From: Gammaproteobacteria bacterium
GTDB lineage: Bacteria; Pseudomonadota; Gammaproteobacteria; JAPPPA01
Direction of reading: 5' to 3'
Assembly (NCBI GenBank): GCA_028817755.1
Contig: JAPPPA010000087.1
Location: 1-32,113 of the forward strand
DNA: 32,113 nt
The position numbers were made by a program, and so were the translations under genes. Shown one piece after another: positions 25,578 through 32,113 of this stretch; the stretch's first letter is position 1; every line of letters starts with the position of its first letter. A model generated the notes under the pieces. It saw only the letters and a list, made by a program, of their open reading frames with translations. It was not told the DNA's origin and searched no databases.

Positions 25578-27734
25578 TTACGCGTAGTATTTGGTGCCGG
25601 CGGCAGCCATTTCACGCATTTTTTCAGTCGGTTCAAACAGTTTGCCCAAGTGGCTGTATTTCTCATCGCAAGCTTTCACGATGTTCGCCATGCCTAGGGT
25701 GTCTGCATACTTAAGCGCACCACCGCGGAACGGTGGGAAGCCGATGCCCATGATCAAGCCCATATCAGCTTCTTGAGCTGAATCTACGATGCCTTCTTCT
25801 AGGCAGCGGGCGGTTTCAATGATCATTGGGATCATGTGGCGCTCGATGATTTCTTCATCGGAGAAGTCTTTGCGGCCTGGGCGAACTTCGTCCAATAGTG
25901 CTTCGATTTCTTCGTTGTAGGTTTTCTTCGGCTTACCTTTACGGTCTGGCACGTACTCGTAGTAACCCTTGCCGTTCTTCTGACCAAAGCGTTCGTTTTC
26001 ATACAGCACGTCTAGCGCAGAACGCTCATCAACCTTCATGCGGTCTGGGTAGCCTTCTGCCAAAACGTCGCCTACGTGGTGAGAGGTATCTACACCCACA
26101 ACGTCGTTCAGGTAAGCAGGGCCCATTGGCCAGCCGAATTTTTCCATCACTTTATCGATCTTGCGGAAATCAGCGCCTTCGCTCATTAGGCCGCCAAAGC
26201 CGAAGAAGTATGGGAATAGGATGCGGTTTACCAAGAAGCCAGGGCAGTCGTTAACCACGATTGGGGTTTTGCCCATCGCGCTGGCGTAAGCCACGGTGGT
26301 AGCAATGGCTTCGTCAGATGATTTCTCACCACGAATAATTTCAACCAGTGGCATACGGTGCACAGGGTTAAAGAAGTGCATGCCGCAGAAGTTTTCAGGC
26401 TTCTCTAGCGCTTCGGCTAGGTAGCTGATTGAGATTGAAGAAGTGTTAGAAGTCAGGATGGTGCCTTCTTTTACGTTCTTCTCAACGTCGGCTAGTACAG
26501 CGTGCTTAACCTTAGGGTTTTCAACAACCGCTTCAACCACGATGTCTACTTCACCAAAGTCGCCGTAGCTAAGTGTTGGACGAATGCTAGATAGGATTTT
26601 GCCCATCTTGGCGTTGTCCATCTTCTTACGCTCAACCTGCTTAGAAAGCAGCTTGGTGGCTTCGCCCATGCCTAGCTCTAGCGCTGGCTCGGCGATGTCT
26701 TTCATGATGATTGGGGTGCCTTTAGAGGCAGACTGGTAAGCAATACCGCCGCCCATAATGCCCGCGCCCAATACCGCCGCTTGCTTCACTTCTTTAGCAA
26801 TCTTGGCGTGGCCTTTACCTAGTTTCTTCAGGTATTGGTCATTCAAGAATAGGCCAATCAAAGAATCAGCAACGGTGGTTTGCGCCACTTTGGCGAAACC
26901 TTTGTTTTCTACTAGCAGTGCGTCATCACGGCTCATGCCAGCCGCTTTTTGAATACCTTTAACGGCTTCAACCGGTGCTGGGTAGTGAGGGCCAGCTTTA
27001 CCAGCAATAAAGCCTTTGGCAGTTTCGAATACCATCATGGCTTCGATTGGGCCTAGCTGTAGTGGGCCGGTTTTCTGTGCGCGGCGTGCTTTCCAGTCGA
27101 AAGTGCCGTTGATGGCTAGCTCAAGCATGGCTAGTGCAGCATCACGTTCTTGGCCGTCGGCAACTACTGAGTCAACCGCACCAATTTTCAGTGCTTTCTC
27201 TGGCTTGTTCGGGGTGCCGCCAGCAATCCATTCGATCGCGTTATCAGCACCGACTAGGCGTGGCAAACGTACGGTGCCACCGAAACCAGGGAAGATGCCT
27301 AGCTTAACTTCTGGCAAACCAACTGAAGCTTTGCTGCCCGCGACGCGGTAGTCGGTAGTTAGCGCCATTTCGAAACCGCCGCCTAGGGCGATGCCGTTGA
27401 TGGCGGTGATTGAAGGCATGTCTAAATCTTCAATGGCGTTAAATACGTCATTCGATTCTTTTAGCCAGCCAAGTAGCTTCTCTTCGCCTTCGCTAAAGCT
27501 TTTGCCAAACTCGGTAATGTCGGCGCCAACAATAAATACTTTTTTGCCAGAGCTAACTAACAAGCCCTTTACGCCAGAAGCAGCAATGGCTTCGCCAGCG
27601 GCTTTTAGCTCGCCAACGGTTTCGGCGTTGAACTTGTTAACAGAGTCGTTTTGGTTGTCGAACACTAGCTCGGCGATCGGGCCGGCTTTGCTGTCGACTT
27701 GTGAGACCTGAATGGTCTGTCCTTGGTAAATCAT
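25578..27734 (-). CDS. fadB: Multifunctional fatty-acid oxidation complex alpha subunit (enoyl-CoA hydratase / 3-hydroxyacyl-CoA dehydrogenase / epimerase)
   Basis: [10 protein letters not shown]...IAELVFDN...[10 protein letters not shown] (crotonase part) and [13 protein letters not shown] (NAD-binding dehydrogenase part). The ATG at 27734 follows AGGAG. The 34-codon N-terminal extension in the track ORF is not homologous to FadB. Confidence 0.93.
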   Translation of the reverse strand: MIYQGQTIQVSQVDSKAGPIAELVFDNQNDSVNKFNAETVGELKAAGEAIAASGVKGLLVSSGKKVFIVGADITEFGKSFSEGEEKLLGWLKESNDVFNAIEDLDMPSITAINGIALGGGFEMALTTDYRVAGSKASVGLPEVKLGIFPGFGGTVRLPRLVGADNAIEWIAGGTPNKPEKALKIGAVDSVVADGQERDAALAMLELAINGTFDWKARRAQKTGPLQLGPIEAMMVFETAKGFIAGKAGPHYPAPVEAVKGIQKAAGMSRDDALLVENKGFAKVAQTTVADSLIGLFLNDQYLKKLGKGHAKIAKEVKQAAVLGAGIMGGGIAYQSASKGTPIIMKDIAEPALELGMGEATKLLSKQVERKKMDNAKMGKILSSIRPTLSYGDFGEVDIVVEAVVENPKVKHAVLADVEKNVKEGTILTSNTSSISISYLAEALEKPENFCGMHFFNPVHRMPLVEIIRGEKSSDEAIATTVAYASAMGKTPIVVNDCPGFLVNRILFPYFFGFGGLMSEGADFRKIDKVMEKFGWPMGPAYLNDVVGVDTSHHVGDVLAEGYPDRMKVDERSALDVLYENERFGQKNGKGYYEYVPDRKGKPKKTYNEEIEALLDEVRPGRKDFSDEEIIERHMIPMIIETARCLEEGIVDSAQEADMGLIMGIGFPPFRGGALKYADTLGMANIVKACDEKYSHLGKLFEPTEKMREMAAAGTKYYA

Positions 27735-28018
27735 CTTGCGGATTGCTCCTGTAACGAAGACGGATATTAAGAATTCGGGTGGCGGGCTTTGTAGTAATGC
27801 TTTTGAGCAACGCCTAGGGACTGCGCATTCTGGCAAAGCCCGCCCCGCCGAGCAAGCGCTTGGCGAAATGGGTTAACAACCGCGCTAGTTTGTCGCCTTG
27901 GCGCACTCGCTTAATCGATCAAATTCATCGGATTGATTTAAGTAATGGGGCTTATTTGTGGTAAAACAATGGCTGGAGCCCAATCATGCTGACGCGCGAA
28001 AAGCGTTAAATAACAACA

Positions 28019-28672
28019 ATGAATGCCCCAGCTGACCGAGACACACTAATGAACCCAGCGCATGTCACCATTGAAAACCTAACCCGCAGGCATTTGCCTG
28101 ATGCGGTAGAGGTAATTGCGCAAGCGTTTTACCGTAACCCGCTGGCAATACATGCTTTCCCGGGTGTGGGTGACGATACGCGTTTACGCCGTGTACGCCG
28201 TATTTATCGCAGCGTGATGGAAATTGCATTTCAGCGTGGGCGTGTTTTTGTGGTGCGTATCTCTGGCCGCATTGCTGGCGCGGCGGTGGTTTATCCTCCC
28301 AGTGCAGATGTACAAACGTTACTGGGTAGAGCGTTAAGTGGCGTTGGCGCCTTAACAGTGGGGCCGCGTGCATCGATGCGTTATGTGGCTTACGAGCGTG
28401 AAATTCGCAAGATGCGCCCGAAAGAGCCGCATTGGTACCTATTCTTTTTGGGTGTTACGCCTGCGTTTCATGGCCAAGGTATCGGCTCTGCATTTGTAAA
28501 GCACGTTTGCCGTATGGCTGATGCTGATGGCGTACCATGCTATTTGGAAACTAGCGTTAAACCGCAAATCGAGTTTTATGGCGCTTATGGTTTTGAGCTA
28601 AAAGAAAGCCGAACATTGAAACAACTAGATGGCTTGGTGGTGAACGGAATGGTCCGCCCAGCCAAGCAATAG
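28019..28672 (+). CDS. GNAT-family N-acetyltransferase
   Basis: Acetyl-CoA pocket motif HGQGIGSAFVKHV and C-terminal YGAYGFE. The start is uncertain (ATG at 28019 or 28049). Confidence 0.75.
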   Translation: MNAPADRDTLMNPAHVTIENLTRRHLPDAVEVIAQAFYRNPLAIHAFPGVGDDTRLRRVRRIYRSVMEIAFQRGRVFVVRISGRIAGAAVVYPPSADVQTLLGRALSGVGALTVGPRASMRYVAYEREIRKMRPKEPHWYLFFLGVTPAFHGQGIGSAFVKHVCRMADADGVPCYLETSVKPQIEFYGAYGFELKESRTLKQLDGLVVNGMVRPAKQ

Positions 28673-28690
28673 CGCTTTAATTGAGTAGAT

Positions 28691-28730
28691 AAAAAAAGCC
28701 CCGTGAGTTTGCACTCGCGGGGCTTTTTTA
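28691..28730. terminator. Bidirectional rho-independent terminator between convergent GNAT and cytochrome c genes
   Basis: AAAAAAA-GCCCCGTGAGT-TTGC-ACTCGCGGGGC-TTTTTT: an 11-bp stem including one G-T pair, flanked by an A-tract and a T-tract. Confidence 0.8.
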
Positions 28731-28747
28731 TGGCTTGAAGCAGCGCG

Positions 28748-29056
28748 TTACTTAAGGCCGTCTTGCGAGGCGAAGTAAACCGCTAGGTCTTCAATATCTT
28801 GATCAGACAGGCCAGCAGCCATGCCTTTCATGATTGGGTTGGTACGGGTGCCGTTCTTATAAGCATTTAGTGCCTGTACTAGGTAGCTGCGATGCTGACC
28901 GGCCAAAATAGGGTTAGCAGCGATAGTGCTGTTGCCGCCAACGCCGTGGCAAGCGTTACAAGCAGCCGCTTTTTGTTCGCCAGCAGCAGCGTCGCCACCA
29001 GCGTGAGCTAGGCCAGCAGTGGCCACTAGGGCAGAAGCAATAAGTAGTTTTTTCAT
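28748..29056 (-). CDS. Mono-heme class I cytochrome c (cytochrome c4-domain-like), periplasmic
   Basis: Signal peptide MKKLLIASALVATAGLAHA, CNACHG heme motif, distal Met in PIMKGM, LSDQDIEDLAVYF. Confidence 0.85.
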   Translation of the reverse strand: MKKLLIASALVATAGLAHAGGDAAAGEQKAAACNACHGVGGNSTIAANPILAGQHRSYLVQALNAYKNGTRTNPIMKGMAAGLSDQDIEDLAVYFASQDGLK

Positions 29057-29067
29057 GTTTCTAGCTC

Positions 29068-29397
29068 CTAAGGCTTGTTAGCTGGGTTAGCGAAGAACGC
29101 AGCAATATCTGCCATATCTTGGTCAGAAAGGTCTGCGGCTTGAGATTTCATGGTTTCGTGTACACGTTGGTCGTCGCGGTAGGCTTTAAGCGATGCAACG
29201 ATAAAATCAGCGTGTTGGCCCCAAAGCTTAGGCACGCGGTAGCTTGGGTATACGTTGAAGTAACCGTCTACACCATGGCAACCCATGCATGTTTGCGCTT
29301 TCTTCTCGCCCGCGGCTTCATCGCCTGCGGCTAAAACGGTGGCACTGCTTAACATCGCGGTAGCGGCAGCAGCGGCTAATACGGTTTTCTTCAACAT
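29068..29397 (-). CDS. Mono-heme class I cytochrome c (cytochrome c4-domain-like), periplasmic
   Basis: Signal peptide MLKKTVLAAAAATAMLSSATVLA, CMGCHG heme motif, distal Met in HETMKS, LSDQDMADIAAFF. I prefer the ATG at 29397 over the track TTG at 29409. Confidence 0.85.
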   Translation of the reverse strand: MLKKTVLAAAAATAMLSSATVLAAGDEAAGEKKAQTCMGCHGVDGYFNVYPSYRVPKLWGQHADFIVASLKAYRDDQRVHETMKSQAADLSDQDMADIAAFFANPANKP

Positions 29398-29481
29398 ATA
29401 AGGTTCCAATTTGGCGTAAAGCTAGGAAGTGCGGGAATTTTAAACTGCTATGGCCCGCCACACAAATAACAAGTGCTGTTC

Positions 29482-29790
29482 TTATTGCGCTAGGTTTTGA
29501 ATAAACACCACTGCAGTCATCGCCATCACAATGGCGCCGGCTTCGGTTAGCCAGATCCAAGCGCCGTGCTTGCCCTTTAGCTGAGGCCGTAAGCCCCAGG
29601 CTGTTAGCCCCGTGCAGGCGACAAATCCGCCAATGAATAGCGTGACCAAGAAAATGCCGTGTAGCTCTTCTTGGCTGGTACGGATCTCGCCCAAAACTGC
29701 GCTATAAAGCACAATCACCGCTAACATCACTAACTCGAAAAAGCTGAAAAAAACGGCTAAGCAAAAGTTAATCCAGAAAAGAGAGCGCAT
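29482..29790 (-). CDS. Small hydrophobic inner-membrane protein (about 3 TM helices), unknown function
   Basis: The translation is dominated by three hydrophobic stretches (FWINFCLAVFFSFFELVMLAVIVLY, IFLVTLFIGGFVACTGLTAW, WLTEAGAIVMAMTAVVF). I recognise no family. The start may be the internal Met (MLAVIV). Confidence 0.5.
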   Translation of the reverse strand: MRSLFWINFCLAVFFSFFELVMLAVIVLYSAVLGEIRTSQEELHGIFLVTLFIGGFVACTGLTAWGLRPQLKGKHGAWIWLTEAGAIVMAMTAVVFIQNLAQ

Positions 29791-29797
29791 GATTTAG

Positions 29798-30601
29798 ATG
29801 TCCAACAGTGAATTCGACGCAGCGACATTAGTACAAAGTGCAGATTTTACCGCAGTGCTGGCCGCGCTGGCTGCTGCAAAACGCGTGTTCTTTATTACCG
29901 GTGCTGGAATTTCGGCGGAATCTGGTTTGCCTACTTACCGAGGCGTTACCGGCCTATATAACCAAGAGCATACCGAAGACGAAGTGCCGATTGAGGCGGC
30001 CTTGTCTGGCGATATGTTGCGCCAACGCCCGGCGTTAACGTGGAAATACCTGCGCCAGATTGAATCAGGCTGTCGCCGAGCAGGCTTTAATGCCGCGCAT
30101 GCGGCTATCGCCGAGCTGCAGAAACATAGGCACGTCTGCGTGTTAACGCAGAATATTGATGGCTTTCACAATGATGCCGGTAGCCGCAATGTGATTGAGA
30201 TTCACGGTAACGCGCGCACTGTTTTTTGCACAGCCTGTGATTGGCGCGAAGACGTTAGCGACTATAGCCGCTGGGACGGCAATGACGATGCGCCATGTTG
30301 TCCAGGGTGTGGCGATTTACTGCGCCCTACCGTTGTGCTGTTTGGCGAGATGTTACCGAGTGACGCGCTCGACAAGCTGTACGCCGAGCTAAACAAAGGT
30401 TTTGACTTGGTGTTTAGCGTGGGTACCAGCAGTGTTTTTCCTTATATCGTGCAGCCTGTATTAGATGCTGCCCGACAGGGCATCCCAACGGTGGAAGTTA
30501 ACCCGTCGAACACCGATATCAGCAAGTTGGTCGACTACAAATTCGCGGCGCCAGCAGGCGTGGTGCTGCCGGCGTTAGTGAATCATTTAGCGTCTGGGTA
30601 A
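29798..30601 (+). CDS. cobB: NAD-dependent protein deacylase (Sir2/CobB sirtuin)
   Basis: FFITGAGISAESGLPTYRG, QNIDGFH, catalytic EIHG, a Zn-ribbon CTACDW...CCPGCGDLLRP, and VVLFGE. Confidence 0.88.
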   Translation: MSNSEFDAATLVQSADFTAVLAALAAAKRVFFITGAGISAESGLPTYRGVTGLYNQEHTEDEVPIEAALSGDMLRQRPALTWKYLRQIESGCRRAGFNAAHAAIAELQKHRHVCVLTQNIDGFHNDAGSRNVIEIHGNARTVFCTACDWREDVSDYSRWDGNDDAPCCPGCGDLLRPTVVLFGEMLPSDALDKLYAELNKGFDLVFSVGTSSVFPYIVQPVLDAARQGIPTVEVNPSNTDISKLVDYKFAAPAGVVLPALVNHLASG

Positions 30602-31203
30602 ATGTGATAGCTGCCTACTAGCTCTGCTTGCGCCAGCACATGGCCTTCTATGGCGGCGAGTACCGTGCCCCCGGTAAATGCCCCGTCGACCTCACAGCAT
30701 TCCAAGTCAGTGGCGAAGAGCTGAAAGCGATATTGATGAACGCGTTCGTCATTCCACGGCGGGCATGGACCATCGTAACCGTAATAGTCCCCGGCCATAT
30801 CGGCATCGCCCGCAAACCAGCCGGTGTAATCGTTAATACCTTGGCGGCCGGGCCCGGTTGGCGATTGCTTGCCACCCGCGGTAATGCCGTCACTACAGTA
30901 GCCTTCGGCAATGCTGTTTACGCCAACTGGGATGTCTACCATCACCCAGTGATAGAAATCACAACGGGGTAAGGTGTGAGGTACGGTTTTGCCTGCTTGG
31001 TTTACGTCATCGCCAACCGTGGGTACTTCGGTATCTACGCATAGCAGCACAAAGCTTTTGGTGCCTTCCGGTGCGTCTGTCCAGCTTAGTTGTGGGTTTT
31101 TGTTGGGGCATAGCTCAACGTTATTGATCGGGTGGTGTTTGCCAAAAGCAAAGTCGCTGGGAATGGCGTCGCCGTTGGTAAAGCTATTGCTGGTAAGCTG
31201 CAT
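30583..31203 (-). CDS. YbhB/YbcL-family PEBP (Raf-kinase-inhibitor-like) protein, long form without signal peptide
   Basis: FVLLCVDTEVP...YHWVMVDIP and GYDGPCPPWNDERVHQYRFQLFATD match the PEBP signature (DPDxP..HW; GY.GP.PP...H.Y.F.l.ALD). Confidence 0.8.
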   Translation of the reverse strand: MQLTSNSFTNGDAIPSDFAFGKHHPINNVELCPNKNPQLSWTDAPEGTKSFVLLCVDTEVPTVGDDVNQAGKTVPHTLPRCDFYHWVMVDIPVGVNSIAEGYCSDGITAGGKQSPTGPGRQGINDYTGWFAGDADMAGDYYGYDGPCPPWNDERVHQYRFQLFATDLECCEVDGAFTGGTVLAAIEGHVLAQAELVGSYHIYPDAK

Positions 31204-31244
31204 CGAAAGTCTCCTGTGTTTGTTACCAGCTTACGGAAAACCCC

Positions 31245-31886
31245 ATGACGGACAAAGCTTCTGATTTAGTTATTCGCCCAGCGCGCGTCGATGATGTGGA
31301 TGCGGCGTTGCCGTTAATTTATAGCTCCGGTCCAGAAGTGTGGGATCTGTTGTTTGGTAATGGTGAAGCCGAGTCTTCATTTCCTTATTTGCGCGAAGAG
31401 TGGTTGAGCGGCAAAGGCATTGGTGGCTATCGAGCCCACTGGGTGGCAGAGCGTGATGGCGTGGTACTTGGTGCGGTAGCGGTATACGACCATGCCGAAC
31501 ATAAGCGCCAAGGCGATCAAACTGCAAAGCACGCGCTGAAATACTTTGGATGGCGTGTGCTGCTGCGGGTGAGGTTAATGCTACGTGTCAGCAAATCCTT
31601 TATGAAACCGCCGGGTAAAGATGTGGACTACGTGGCCAACTTTGGCGTGGCTGCGGAAGCGCGTGGCCAAGGCATTGGTGGTGCCATGTTGCAGCACTTT
31701 TTAGAACGCGCGGCGGAACGGGGCAAGCGTTTCTACGAGTTGGATGTGTCTTTAGATAATCCGCGTGGCGAGGCTCTATATGCCCGTTTTGGCATGAAGG
31801 TGATTCGCGAAAATCACGATGCCGTGTTCGAAAAACGCGGTCTTGTGGGCACGCGCCGTATGCAGATGGCGGTGCCCAAGTCTTAG
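31245..31886 (+). CDS. GNAT-family N-acetyltransferase
   Basis: IRPARVDDVDAALPLIY start, acetyl-CoA motif RGQGIGGAMLQHFLERA, and YARFGM near the C-terminus. Confidence 0.75.
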   Translation: MTDKASDLVIRPARVDDVDAALPLIYSSGPEVWDLLFGNGEAESSFPYLREEWLSGKGIGGYRAHWVAERDGVVLGAVAVYDHAEHKRQGDQTAKHALKYFGWRVLLRVRLMLRVSKSFMKPPGKDVDYVANFGVAAEARGQGIGGAMLQHFLERAAERGKRFYELDVSLDNPRGEALYARFGMKVIRENHDAVFEKRGLVGTRRMQMAVPKS

Positions 31887-32113
31887 CTCAGCAAGGACTG
31901 CCAAACCGGGTGGCTTAGCAGGCAATGCGGGTCTTCCAACATAAAGAAGTGATTACCCTTTACGCCCTCGGCGGAAATATTGGCATTCCGCTTGGCCGCT
32001 TTTAACGCAGCTGGCGGTAAGAAGGCATAACTTTCGGTACCGTAGAACAGTTGCGTGGGCACGGAAATCGCGTCCAGCCATTTCCATAACTTATGTGGCG
32101 CATTGGCAAACAC
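31883..32113 (-). CDS. C-terminal fragment of an alpha/beta-hydrolase-fold protein (5' end outside the window)
   Basis: The open frame runs to the window edge. PTQLFYGTES...VKGNHFFMLEDP is the usual C-terminal His-containing strand/loop of alpha/beta hydrolases. Confidence 0.55.
   Translation of the reverse strand: MFANAPHKLWKWLDAISVPTQLFYGTESYAFLPPAALKAAKRNANISAEGVKGNHFFMLEDPHCLLSHPVWQSLLS

Noticed and set aside
25578-27836. The 752-aa version of FadB with a 34-residue N-terminal extension ([15 protein letters not shown]...).
   Set aside because: The extension starts on a non-ATG codon, overlaps the structured upstream region and has no FadB homology. The ATG at 27734 has an AGGAG SD and aligns with the E. 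coli FadB N-terminus.
27860-27900. A possible PsrA/FadR-type operator in GGTTAACAACCGCGCTAGTTTGTC upstream of fadB.
   Set aside because: The CAAC...GTTTG half-sites are imperfect, and their 7-nt spacing does not fit the PsrA consensus as I remember it. I cannot support it without a matrix scan.
29798-30601. The Sir2-domain protein as an anti-phage defence effector (Thoeris ThsA / DSR / SIR2-HerA type).
   Set aside because: It is short (267 aa). It has the full deacylase signature, including GAGISAESGLPTYRG, QNIDGFH and a CxxC...CxxC zinc ribbon. It has no fused sensor domain (SLOG, TIR partner or HerA) and no neighbouring one. This is consistent with housekeeping CobB.
1-32113. CRISPR arrays, tRNA/rRNA genes and IS elements.
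   Set aside because: I found no short direct-repeat/spacer periodicity, cloverleaf-compatible segments or terminal inverted repeats flanking a transposase-like ORF in any intergenic region. All large ORFs are accounted for by other families.

Overview
This looks like a chromosomal segment from a gammaproteobacterium. That call rests on gene content only: uup, desT-desCB, comM/yifB, fadBA, cobB and c4-like cytochromes. GC appears mid-range by eye; I did not compute it. I support 27 intact CDS plus one CDS cut by the window edge, all read from the six-frame track and checked against the nucleotides. I found no rRNA, tRNA, CRISPR array, transposase or integrase.

Most of the window is housekeeping or lipid metabolism:
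- ABC-F ATPase Uup
- a YraR-like NAD(P)-binding protein
- the DesT repressor with a divergent desCB acyl-CoA desaturase operon and two recognisable operator copies
- an SDR oxidoreductase
- ComM/YifB
- a membrane GGDEF cyclase
- an epimerase-family protein
- an MMPL/RND-type exporter
- a PF10118-like hydrolase
- an O-methyltransferase-like protein
- fadBA
- two GNAT acetyltransferases
- two mono-heme cytochromes c
- a CobB sirtuin
- a PEBP/YbhB protein

Two regions stand out.
1. 254-7565 is a tightly coupled three-gene cassette. It encodes a TolC-like lipoprotein fused to a SPOR domain, a 1116-aa cadherin-like repeat protein with no Sec signal and no RTX repeats, and a fusion of a PqqD-like N-terminus, an M50 site-2-protease membrane core and a HlyD-type adaptor. 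There is no cognate ABC exporter. It resembles a type I secretion locus in which the ATPase is replaced by, or at least accompanied by, an intramembrane metalloprotease. This is my best candidate for an undescribed system.
2. 18086-19848 (minus strand) is an operon encoding a small secreted Cys-rich internal-repeat protein, a clear TraT-family lipoprotein and a second lipoprotein. No conjugation genes are nearby.

Other observations: several strong rho-independent terminators, dyad operators, a structured fadB upstream region, and an unusual number of convergent gene pairs with overlapping stop codons.
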